Source of the DNA: Gammaproteobacteria bacterium
GTDB lineage: Bacteria > Pseudomonadota > Gammaproteobacteria > Eutrophobiales > Eutrophobiaceae
Direction: 5' to 3'
Length of the DNA: 64,000 bases
Assembly: GCA_028279365.1 (NCBI GenBank)
Contig: JANQNX010000009.1
Location: 22,036-86,035, forward strand
Under the pieces are notes generated by a model, which made no database searches, was not told the DNA's origin, and saw nothing but the letters and a program-made list of their open reading frames with translations. The position numbers were made by a program, and so were the translations under genes. How positions within the stretch are numbered: the first letter of the stretch is position 1; each line of letters starts with the position of its first letter. This document shows positions 49,147 to 57,387 of this stretch, piece after piece.

Positions 49147-51294
49147 ATGTATAAACTCAGGGAGACGCTGTTTCTCAGCGCTATTTTAGCTCCAACGTTC
49201 ATGGTCGTTCATGCGGCTGAGGAGGAAAAAACTGAAAAAGTTTATGTTCCTCAGGAAATCGTCGTCACCGGTGAAAAACAGGGCTATGTCGCGATCAAAA
49301 GCGCTGGCCTCAAGACAGACATACCGCTGCTGGACACACCACAAACGGTATCCGTCATTACCAATGAACAGATACTGGATCAGGCGTTTCAGGACGTAGG
49401 CGATATCCTTCGCTATACCCCAGGCGTTTCCGTAAATCAGGGTGAAGGCCATCGAGACCAGATCTCAATTCGCGGTCAAAACACCACGGCCGACTTTTTC
49501 CTGGATGGCGTGCGTGACGATGTACAATATTTCAGGCCGCTTTACAATCTGGACCGGGTGGAGGTGCACAAAGGCCCTAATGCATTGATTTTTGGCCGCG
49601 GCGGCGGCGGCGGTAATATTAACCGAGTCACCAAAACGCCTTTTGCTGGCGACCGCTTCGTTAATATGAATTCCAGTGTTGATAGCTTTGGCGCCTATCA
49701 GGTAATGATTGATGGTAACAGAGATGTCGGCGATGACTCTGCCGTTAGACTGAATGTGTTGGCAGAAGGCTTCAATAACCACCGTGATTTTTTCGATGGT
49801 GAACGCTATGCATTTAACCCGACCTATGCCACCAACCTGACTAACGATACGACTATACAACTCTCTTATGAGTACATTAACGATGATCGTGTCGTTGATC
49901 GTGGTGTACCCGCTGTCGCTGGCGGTGTATTTGGTAATCCGGCCAGCCCGGTCAGTGGTTTTACTGATACGTTCTTTGGCTCTCCGAGTGCAAATGAAAC
50001 GACCCTGGATGCGCATATCTTACGCGGGCGTATTTTTCATGACTTTAACGAAGACCATCAGGTCAACGCGACCATTCAATACGCTAACTTCGATAAGCTG
50101 TATCAAAACCTGTTTGCAGTAGGCAGTAATTTGGCTGCAAACAGCGTGACCTTAGATGGTTACCGTGATGAAACTGACCGTGAAAATTTGATCATGCAAC
50201 TTAACTTTCTGTCAGACATCACCACCGGCCCGTTCAAACATAAATTACTCTATGGTGCAGAGTACGCAAACCAGAAAACGGATAACAACCGTCGTGATAG
50301 CCTTTTTGCGGCCAGTAACGACGATCAGGTAACCTTCGCCTTTACTGATCCATTAAATATTCCGGCTTTCACTTTCCCCGTATTTAATCGCAATCGTACT
50401 TCAGAGGCAGATATTTATTCCTTATATTTTCAGGACCAGATCAGCATCGGTGAGCATTTTCAACTGATCGGTGGATTACGTCTTGATCGCTTTGATATCG
50501 ATGTGGTGGATCAGATTGAGATTAATGATGGTGCTGCTGATGGTAATGATGGCTTTCTTGGCAGAACTGATACCGAACTATCACCTCGCTTGGGCGCCAT
50601 TTATAAACCAATCGAGAACGTATCATTTTATGCCAGCTATAGTTTGTCTTTTCTGCCTCGATCCGGCGATCAGTTTTTGACACTGTCATCAACAACGGAG
50701 TCGCTGGCACCGGAAGAATTTGAAAACTATGAAGTAGGGGCGAAATGGGACATTACCAGAGGACTGAGTTTCACCACCTCGTTTTTCCGCTTAAACCGCA
50801 CTAACGGCACCACGGTTGATCCGACCAATGTTGGCAATACCCTGCTAATTGGTAGCCGTACTGACGGCATTGAATTGCAATTATTAGGTCAAGTTAACGA
50901 TAAATGGCAGATCAACACCGGTTACAGTTTTCTTGATGCCAAAGAACGACGCGAACGTACTGTCTCTGGAGTGACGGCAGTACGCACGCTGAGTCAAGTA
51001 CCTGAACATCTGTTCTCCATCTGGAACCGTTATGATTTCACGCCTAATTTCGGTCTCGGCCTGGGTGTTGTGCATCAATCACAGCAGTTTACCTCGATCA
51101 GTAATGCTGTTGAGTTACCTAATTTTACCCGCGTCGATGCTGCTGCTTACTACCGTGTTAATAACAAGATCAATGTTCAGCTAAATGTCGAAAACCTGTT
51201 TGACCGGGACTATTTCCCCGCAGCACATAACGATAACAATATCACGACTGGCGAACCGATTAACGCTCGCCTGTCATTTAATATTGATTTTTAA
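49147..51294 (+). CDS. TonB-dependent siderophore receptor (Fiu/PiuA-like)
   Basis: Signal peptide, EIVVTG, DTPQTVSVI, plug motif RVEVHKGPNA, LNVENLFD, terminal Phe. Confidence 0.92.
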   Translation: MYKLRETLFLSAILAPTFMVVHAAEEEKTEKVYVPQEIVVTGEKQGYVAIKSAGLKTDIPLLDTPQTVSVITNEQILDQAFQDVGDILRYTPGVSVNQGEGHRDQISIRGQNTTADFFLDGVRDDVQYFRPLYNLDRVEVHKGPNALIFGRGGGGGNINRVTKTPFAGDRFVNMNSSVDSFGAYQVMIDGNRDVGDDSAVRLNVLAEGFNNHRDFFDGERYAFNPTYATNLTNDTTIQLSYEYINDDRVVDRGVPAVAGGVFGNPASPVSGFTDTFFGSPSANETTLDAHILRGRIFHDFNEDHQVNATIQYANFDKLYQNLFAVGSNLAANSVTLDGYRDETDRENLIMQLNFLSDITTGPFKHKLLYGAEYANQKTDNNRRDSLFAASNDDQVTFAFTDPLNIPAFTFPVFNRNRTSEADIYSLYFQDQISIGEHFQLIGGLRLDRFDIDVVDQIEINDGAADGNDGFLGRTDTELSPRLGAIYKPIENVSFYASYSLSFLPRSGDQFLTLSSTTESLAPEEFENYEVGAKWDITRGLSFTTSFFRLNRTNGTTVDPTNVGNTLLIGSRTDGIELQLLGQVNDKWQINTGYSFLDAKERRERTVSGVTAVRTLSQVPEHLFSIWNRYDFTPNFGLGLGVVHQSQQFTSISNAVELPNFTRVDAAAYYRVNNKINVQLNVENLFDRDYFPAAHNDNNITTGEPINARLSFNIDF

Positions 51295-51317
51295 CCGAGT
51301 CTAAAGTTAATACGTTT

Positions 51318-51353
51318 ATGCCGGATTGATAATTTATCTCTCCGGCATTTTTT
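51318..51353 (+). terminator. Rho-independent terminator
   Basis: ATGCCGGA...TCCGGCAT followed by a T run. Confidence 0.75.
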
Positions 51354-51359
51354 ATTGTA

Positions 51360-51773
51360 TTAAACGAATAGATCACCGAAACCCCAGATAAAGGTACCGG
51401 TAATTAATAAAGACACTTCGAGAATCCCCAGAGAAAGTTTCATTTTATGTGTCAGTTCTTCCAGTTGGCGTCCAAATGCGGAGTTAATCTCTGCCACTTC
51501 CTGATTAATTTCTTCCTCACTTTTCCCCTGCTCAGCAAGGCTCGCGACAGTCACTGTCAACGTATTACGGAGCTCACGTTTGATTTTGGCACGAATAATC
51601 CTTTCCTGAACGACTACGCCCAGACTCGAGGTGATACCCAGCATGACAATCAAACAGCCTGCACGTGATAGCCACTCTGTCTGCATAAAATTGATACGGG
51701 ATAAATAGACGCCGGCAAGGATTAGACCCAGCGCTATAATCCAGAGTGAAGATTGATATAGAGTCGATCTCAT
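51360..51773 (-). CDS. Hypothetical membrane protein
   Basis: Three hydrophobic segments around a coiled-coil; ends GTFIWGFGDL. Confidence 0.7.
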   Translation of the reverse strand: MRSTLYQSSLWIIALGLILAGVYLSRINFMQTEWLSRAGCLIVMLGITSSLGVVVQERIIRAKIKRELRNTLTVTVASLAEQGKSEEEINQEVAEINSAFGRQLEELTHKMKLSLGILEVSLLITGTFIWGFGDLFV

Positions 51774-51808
51774 CAGGTTATTATCAATTTTAAATTTTTA
51801 TAAATTTG

Positions 51809-52876
51809 TTAGTAAGTATAAGAAAAAGATATCGATCCAAAGCTCTGACCGCTACGCTGCCGATCAAACTCTTTTGAACGAAACACCTGGGCATAAGATA
51901 GCTTAAGGTTTTCGTAACTCATACTGGCCCCTATGACAATCTCGCCAACCAGTGCCTTTTTATCAACACTGTGACTATCACTAAATGTATTACCATCAAG
52001 AAAGATATCACGTAAGACCCAACGCCCATTGGCTGCGGTAAAAAAATACAGACTTAGGGACTTTATGCCTGATTGATATCTTGGATCGCTAGCGTCGGTC
52101 GGGGCATTAGTATTGCCGGCTGGTCGAATAAGGGCAGAACCAAAGTCAGACGGCAGGTTCCAGCCAAGTCTGAGTTCTGCACCAGTGCTGACGTTGGTAA
52201 AAACATTACCTAATGCGGCACCGCCGTGTACTATCCCGTCAAAACCAAACGGCCTATCAGAATCTAGAAAAAGATTACCTTTAATAAAGCGCTGCTTCCT
52301 ATCATAGATAAACGCCATACCCAATTCGTTATCAAGCTGATTATCCCAACCGTTGGCTTTGGCAATACCACGAATGGAATGCACCAGGTCTTGTGCCTGT
52401 TCGCCCAGCGATAAATCACCAATTAAGCCGGCCTGAATAGTAATGCTATCCAACCGCGTTTTACTCTTGGTGTGGAAACCAATATCACCATAAAGCCAGC
52501 CGCCATAGGGTCTGTCATTGGTAATCAGATCTCTGGCAGCGATATTTTCCGGTGTATACATTTTTTGACCGAATGAAAAAGAAAAATGGCGCTGCCTTTG
52601 TTGTTCATCATCCAGGCGTAAAAACTGGATCATTTGTTTTAGTGGTGCACTGAATAACTTATCATCATTAATATAGTGCAGCTTGTTAAACCACTCCAGT
52701 TCCGGTGAGATCCAGTTTAGCTTAATGCCGTTGGTGTAAAAGCGATCAGTATTGGCAAACAGATCGTTTTCAAAATTAAAACTAAATGTCCAGGAATTCT
52801 CTGGCGGTTTGGCAGCCAGGGCGTTAGTCGAATAGCCGAGATAAAGCAGCGCGATAAAAAAATAAATCGTGAGCGT
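51809..52876 (-). CDS. Lipid A deacylase LpxR family (DUF2219) outer-membrane protein, apparent ACG start
   Basis: Frame is open 81 codons upstream of the ATG at 52633 and encodes a signal peptide plus FENDLFANTDRFYTNG; also GQKMYTP, DRPYGG, GWDNQL, IFLDGN. Confidence 0.8.
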   Translation of the reverse strand, partial: TLTIYFFIALLYLGYSTNALAAKPPENSWTFSFNFENDLFANTDRFYTNGIKLNWISPELEWFNKLHYINDDKLFSAPLKQMIQFLRLDDEQQRQRHFSFSFGQKMYTPENIAARDLITNDRPYGGWLYGDIGFHTKSKTRLDSITIQAGLIGDLSLGEQAQDLVHSIRGIAKANGWDNQLDNELGMAFIYDRKQRFIKGNLFLDSDRPFGFDGIVHGGAALGNVFTNVSTGAELRLGWNLPSDFGSALIRPAGNTNAPTDASDPRYQSGIKSLSLYFFTAANGRWVLRDIFLDGNTFSDSHSVDKKALVGEIVIGASMSYENLKLSYAQVFRSKEFDRQRSGQSFGSISFSYTY

Positions 52877-53238
52877 TAATTGAATAACACAAAACCCCAG
52901 ATAACTGCCGCATTCACCAGCGAAGCAAGTACCGCGGCTGAACCAATATCTTTGGCACGACCCGATAACTCATGGTGCTCAGTACTGACACGATCAGTGA
53001 CGGCTTCAATCCCGGTATTCAGTAATTCAACAATCAGAATCAAAATGATGGACCCAATCAGCAATGCCCGCTCTATGCCGTTGTTACCCAGAAATAAACC
53101 GAGTGGAATTGTAACAATGGCAAGCAATACCTCTTGTCGAAACGCTTCTTCATACTCATAACAGGCTTTGAAACCTTGCCAGGAATATTGTGTTGCCTTG
53201 ATGATACGGGTGATACCGGTATGACCTTGCGATGCCAT
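52876..53238 (-). CDS. dgkA: Diacylglycerol kinase
   Basis: YSWQG, EAFRQE, VELLNTGIEAVTDR, GRAKDIGSAAV. Confidence 0.97.
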   Translation of the reverse strand: MASQGHTGITRIIKATQYSWQGFKACYEYEEAFRQEVLLAIVTIPLGLFLGNNGIERALLIGSIILILIVELLNTGIEAVTDRVSTEHHELSGRAKDIGSAAVLASLVNAAVIWGFVLFN

Positions 53239-53287
53239 ATTGCGTCCTGATAATAACGTCCGTGTTAATTAAAATTATATGAATGGG

Positions 53288-53785
53288 CTATAGTTTTGCG
53301 ATAGCAGACTCGTAGTCCGGTTCATCCGCGATCTCTGAGACCAACTGGGCATGTGTGATTTGATTATTTTCATCAATCACGACCACTGCTCTTGCAGTAA
53401 TACCGGCAAGCGGTCCGTCTTCAATCAAGACACCATAGTCTTTAGCAAAATTACGTGAGCGCATCATCGATAAGGGGATGACGTTGTCGGTACCTTCTGC
53501 TTTACAAAAGCGCGACATGGCAAAAGGCAGGTCTGCCGAGATCATTAAAAACACCGCATCGCTATTTGTCTTTGCCGCGTCATTAAACTTTTTGGTTGAG
53601 AGTGCGCAAGTCGGCGTATCCAGACTGGGGACGATATTCAATAATTTTTTCTTGCCCTGATAGGTATCTAATGACACATCTGCCAACTCTGCATTAACCA
53701 GACTAAAATCCGGCGCACTGTCGCCAACGCCGGGCAAGTCACCATTAGTGTGTATCTCATTACCTTGTAATGTAATTGTTGCCAT
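53288..53785 (-). CDS. tpx: Thiol peroxidase
   Basis: VPSLDTPTC, SADLPFAMSRFC, ARAVVVID, EPDY. Confidence 0.96.
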   Translation of the reverse strand: MATITLQGNEIHTNGDLPGVGDSAPDFSLVNAELADVSLDTYQGKKKLLNIVPSLDTPTCALSTKKFNDAAKTNSDAVFLMISADLPFAMSRFCKAEGTDNVIPLSMMRSRNFAKDYGVLIEDGPLAGITARAVVVIDENNQITHAQLVSEIADEPDYESAIAKL

Positions 53786-53788
53786 TTG

Positions 53789-54178
53789 CTACTCCTGTTG
53801 TGTTAATTCTTTATAATCATCCGCGCTTAGTAAGTGGCTGAGTTCAGATTCATCAACCAGTTTAATGGTAAACAACCAGCCTTCCGCATACGGGTCACTG
53901 TTAATGATTTCAGGGGAATCTTCAAGCTCTTCATTCAATTCCATGATCGTTCCGGTTAACGGACAATAAATATCAGAGGTCGATTTGACAGACTCTACTA
54001 CAGCGCACTCGTCCTCGCGTGAGTACTCTTTCCCTTTTTCAGGAAATTCGACAAACACCACATCGCCCAACTCGTCTTGCGCAAAATCAGTGATACCTGC
54101 GCGGTAAATACCTTCACCTATATTTTCTATCCAGATATGTTGTTCGGTATAGCGTAGTTCGTTAGGAGTGTTATGCAT
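53789..54178 (-). CDS. gcvH: Glycine cleavage system H protein (lipoyl carrier)
   Basis: GITDFAQDELGDVVFVE, VESVKSTSD lipoyl-Lys, NSDPYAEGW; ATG at 54178. Confidence 0.92.
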   Translation of the reverse strand: MHNTPNELRYTEQHIWIENIGEGIYRAGITDFAQDELGDVVFVEFPEKGKEYSREDECAVVESVKSTSDIYCPLTGTIMELNEELEDSPEIINSDPYAEGWLFTIKLVDESELSHLLSADDYKELTQQE

Positions 54179-54240
54179 TTGTCTGCTCTCTTCTATAATC
54201 AAGATCTCTGTGACGTAAGCTGCTGAATATGTAACGCATA

Positions 54241-54562
54241 GTGTAGGACAGACACATCACTGCTGCCAAGCCGAGCTTCATGTGTGGCTTCTTGATGCAA
54301 TAACTAATCTGATCATAAGATTAATTTTATGCTTGGCTTATCAAGCTTATTGTCCTGCACGAACAAGCTAATGAGTACAGAAAGATTAAAACAAGCTAAA
54401 AAAATATTACTAAAGTAAAAACAGGCAAACGCAAACAACAATCGCCTTATCATCAATAGTAAATCAATAACGCTATTTGATCCGCAATTCTTGATAACAA
54501 GCTATATGACCTACAGCTACCATAACCAGGATAAAACAAGCGAGCAACGGGCAGCTTGCTTG
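54241..54562 (+). ncRNA. Candidate structured ncRNA with AACAAGCUA repeats
   Basis: Nested stems whose G-U pairs work only on the plus strand; three exact AACAAGCTA copies plus variants. Confidence 0.4.
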
Positions 54563-54575
54563 AACGTGTTTGAAT

Positions 54576-54612
54576 AAAAAAAGCAGCAAGGCATTCGAAC
54601 CTATGCCTTGCT
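54576..54612 (-). terminator. Rho-independent terminator on the minus strand
   Basis: AGCAAGGCAT/ATGCCTTGCT 10-bp stem, A7 at 54576-54582. Confidence 0.8.
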
Positions 54613-54770
54613 ATAAGCCCGAATTTAGACTGTTAACTGGCATCCTACATGCCAGATACATACTTTGTCGGGTCGAGGGTAGTATCGCTGTCGACACGGC
54701 AATAGTTTCTCAACCTACACATCGACAAACCGATTATTCTTTAATCGAACTTAAGTAAATCTTTATAAAG
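54576..54770 (-). ncRNA. Candidate Fur-regulated sRNA or structured bfd 3' UTR
   Basis: Long hairpin 54664-54729 with minus-strand G-U pairs, hairpin 54637-54655, terminator, Fur-like box upstream; 5' end approximate. Confidence 0.45.
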
Positions 54771-54777
54771 CGCCATT

Positions 54778-54796
54778 GCAAATGAGAAGTATTTAC
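54778..54796. promoter_or_regulatory. Fur-like box downstream of bfd
   Basis: GCAAATGAGAAGTATTTAC, 12/19 match to GATAATGATAATCATTATC. Confidence 0.45.
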
Positions 54797-54816
54797 ATTT
54801 TAACGGCAAAAAAAAT

Positions 54817-55014
54817 CTACAGACTTAGTAGATCAGCACCATCCATTTGCTTCTCTAGTGCTCGTTGCAAACAGCAACCTGCTTCATCAGCGCAGCTGCC
54901 GCAGTTATTACTTACACCAAGCTTTTGTTGGAGATGATGAAAACTGTTGGCACCATCATCAACCGCACGCTCAATGTCCTTCTCTGTTACTGCATTACAT
55001 ACACATACGTACAT
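54817..55014 (-). CDS. bfd: Bacterioferritin-associated ferredoxin
   Basis: MYVCVCNAVTE...CGSC [2Fe-2S] motif; ATG at 55014. Confidence 0.95.
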   Translation of the reverse strand: MYVCVCNAVTEKDIERAVDDGANSFHHLQQKLGVSNNCGSCADEAGCCLQRALEKQMDGADLLSL

Positions 55015-55059
55015 ATTATTTTTATACCAATCCATAAAATCTCAGACCATGTATTAAGA

Positions 55060-55088
55060 AATATAGTATTAATGAGAATCATTATCAA
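55060..55088 (-). promoter_or_regulatory. Fur box overlapping the bfd sigma70 promoter
   Basis: ATTAATGAGAATCATTATC (16/19) at 55068-55086; minus strand TTGATA-N17-TATATT. Confidence 0.85.
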
Positions 55089-55098
55089 CATATATTTT

Positions 55099-55126
55099 AA
55101 AAAAATTGCAGATCCGTCTGCAATTT
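55099..55126 (-). terminator. bfr terminator
   Basis: AAATTGCAGA-TCCG-TCTGCAATTT with an A7 run. Confidence 0.75.
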
Positions 55127-55148
55127 CTTTGTATTTTGTGGCTAGCTG

Positions 55149-55613
55149 TTAAATCTGTGATTGCTGATAGTTCTCTATGCCGATTTTTTCAATCAGATCG
55201 AGCTGCGTTTCCAGCCAATCAACATGCTCTTCCTCACTTTCCAGGATCGATGAAAACACTTCCCGGGAAACAAAGTCACCGATAGATTCAGCATATTCAA
55301 TGGCGGCACGTAAATCCGGGATGGCATCCATTTCCAGAGCTAAATCGGCTTCCAGCATTTCCTTGGTATTTTCACCAATACGTAATTTACCCAGGTCCTG
55401 GAGATTAGGCAGACCCTCGATAAAAAGGATACGCTCGATTATCGAATCGGCATGTTTCATCTCATCGATAGACTCGCCATATTCATATTCACCCAGCTTC
55501 TTTAAGCCCCAGTCCTTGTACATCCTGGAGTGCAAAAAATACTGATTAATGGCAGTCAATTCATTTTTTAGAATGGTATTGAGGTGTTCAATAACTTTCT
55601 TATCGCCTTTCAT
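55149..55613 (-). CDS. bfr: Bacterioferritin
   Basis: [29 protein letters not shown] (heme Met), EEEHVDWLE. Confidence 0.98.
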   Translation of the reverse strand: MKGDKKVIEHLNTILKNELTAINQYFLHSRMYKDWGLKKLGEYEYGESIDEMKHADSIIERILFIEGLPNLQDLGKLRIGENTKEMLEADLALEMDAIPDLRAAIEYAESIGDFVSREVFSSILESEEEHVDWLETQLDLIEKIGIENYQQSQI

Positions 55614-55647
55614 CCGTTCTTTCCTCTTATTAAATTATTTAGCAGCG

Positions 55648-55716
55648 ATAATAGTTTGCAAATGTCAGATGTCAACAATAAGTGATTGATTTGTATTGAT
55701 AATTATTACTATTTAC
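55648..55716 (-). promoter_or_regulatory. bfr sigma70 promoter with an upstream IHF site and Fur-like box
   Basis: Minus strand TTGACA-N16-TATTAT; AATCAATCACTTA matches WATCAANNNNTTR; GTAAATAGTAATAATTATC is 14/19 to the Fur consensus. Confidence 0.55.
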
Positions 55717-55798
55717 ATTACTTTCAAAACAAAAAATTAAAGCAATAAAGTCGGCCGCCGTCTTATACTATTGGGCCAAAACAAATGGGAGAAGCTTA

Positions 55799-56371
55799 AT
55801 GGACGTATCGACAATCATCTTTTTGGGCATCATTGCCGTCGTCGCCGTCTATGGCGTCATCATTTATAACAACCTAGTTGCACTGAAACACAATGTGTCA
55901 AAGTCCTGGTCAAACATCGATGTGTTGTTGAAACAGCGGCATGATGAATTACCTAAGCTGGTTGAGACCTGTAAACAATACATGGGCTATGAACAGGAAA
56001 CGCTGGAGAAAGTGATGAAGGCACGCTCAGCCGTAGCGTCGGCTCGTGAGGCTGGTGATGTCTCCAGATTAGGGCCGGCTGAAACACAATTGCGCATGGG
56101 GCTGGGTAATTTATTTGCGCTGGCAGAAGCCTATCCGGATCTTAAAGCCAACGATAATTTTAAACACCTGCAGCAGCGCATCTCCGGGCTGGAGGATTCT
56201 ATTGCTGACCGACGCGAATTTTATAATGAAACGGTTAATGCCAATAATGTGCGTATTGAACAATTCCCCGATGTGATTATTGCGCGCCTGCTAAATTTCA
56301 AGGAACGCGATCTACTTGAGTTCAGCGATGAAGAAAAACAGGATGTCGATATAAAAGCACTATTTAACTAA
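55799..56371 (+). CDS. lemA: LemA family protein
   Basis: One TM, YNNLV, WSNIDVLLKQRHD, AEAYPDLKAN, RREFYN, QFP. Confidence 0.93.
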   Translation: MDVSTIIFLGIIAVVAVYGVIIYNNLVALKHNVSKSWSNIDVLLKQRHDELPKLVETCKQYMGYEQETLEKVMKARSAVASAREAGDVSRLGPAETQLRMGLGNLFALAEAYPDLKANDNFKHLQQRISGLEDSIADRREFYNETVNANNVRIEQFPDVIIARLLNFKERDLLEFSDEEKQDVDIKALFN

Positions 56372-56384
56372 CGCAGCTGACTTT

Positions 56385-57329
56385 ATGTCCGGTCTGCAAC
56401 AGTGGGCAAAATCTGCACCAGCAGATGATTTTTGGATATGGATGATGGTCTGCGCCATCGCTTCGCTAGTGGGGTTTGTTCTGGCGTTCTATTACCTGCA
56501 TAAAAAACGCGTAATCCAGGATATTCCAACCTCTAAAATTCGTTCGGCAGCACAAGGTTATGTGGAATTTGAAGGACATGGCTATCTGATGGACGGCCAA
56601 CCGGTTTTATCACCACTGACACAAAAGCCCTGTACCTGGTACGAAATAAAAGTCGAGGAACAGACTCGCAGTGGCAATAATAATAACTGGAAAACAATTC
56701 GAAAGGCGGTTAGCGACGAACTGTTCTTAATCAAGGACGAGACCGGAGAATGCGTCATCGATCCGGAAGGAGCCAAAGTCACGGTGTCCGATAAGCAAGT
56801 CTGGTATGGTCATTCAGCGACCCCAACAAAAAGCCCGGGGCGTAATAAGCCATCATTTCTGCGTTCTGTGTTCTCTTCTACTGGTAAATATCGCTATACC
56901 GAAAAATTGCTGCATTCTGGCGAAACCCTGTATGCCATTGGTATGTTAAAAACTGTCGGCGGTGCAGGTGCCAAAATGGATATCAATGAGGACGTCAGAG
57001 AACTGATTCGGGAATGGAAGGCCGACACGGAATCCATGTTAAAACGCTTCGATCTTAACAAGGACGGGGAAATCGATATGGATGAATGGCAAAAAGTGCG
57101 TGATGAGGCCTACAAACACGTGGTGGCCAAACACCATGAACAAAAAAACCTGCCGCCAGTTAATATCATGAGTCGCACCCGCGACAAACGCAGGCCGTTT
57201 ATACTGTCTGCGCTTTCACAAGACGAACTGACCCGTAAATTCCACCTCTATACCGTACTGTCGATCAGCGCCTTTGTCTGTTTTGGCGTATTTGCGACTT
57301 TAGTCATCAGCTTACGGCTGGCGACTTAG
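56385..57329 (+). CDS. GIDE-like membrane protein with an EF-hand motif
   Basis: N- and C-terminal TM, DIPTSKIRSAAQGYVE, DETGEC.IDPEGA, EF-hand DLNKDGEIDMDEW. Confidence 0.75.
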   Translation: MSGLQQWAKSAPADDFWIWMMVCAIASLVGFVLAFYYLHKKRVIQDIPTSKIRSAAQGYVEFEGHGYLMDGQPVLSPLTQKPCTWYEIKVEEQTRSGNNNNWKTIRKAVSDELFLIKDETGECVIDPEGAKVTVSDKQVWYGHSATPTKSPGRNKPSFLRSVFSSTGKYRYTEKLLHSGETLYAIGMLKTVGGAGAKMDINEDVRELIREWKADTESMLKRFDLNKDGEIDMDEWQKVRDEAYKHVVAKHHEQKNLPPVNIMSRTRDKRRPFILSALSQDELTRKFHLYTVLSISAFVCFGVFATLVISLRLAT

Positions 57330-57387
57330 CGCATGATGCCTTAACATCGTTGTAATCGTAGTAACTCTGAATAAAGTAAATCGAGAC

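Noticed and set aside
54179-54360. Glycine riboswitch upstream of gcvH
   Set aside because: No GGAGA/CCGAAG/CUCUCAGG elements on the minus strand, and the stems favour the plus strand
54570-54758. 62-aa plus-strand ORF with a TTG start
   Set aside because: No SD or motif; it overlaps a terminator and hairpins better explained as minus-strand RNA
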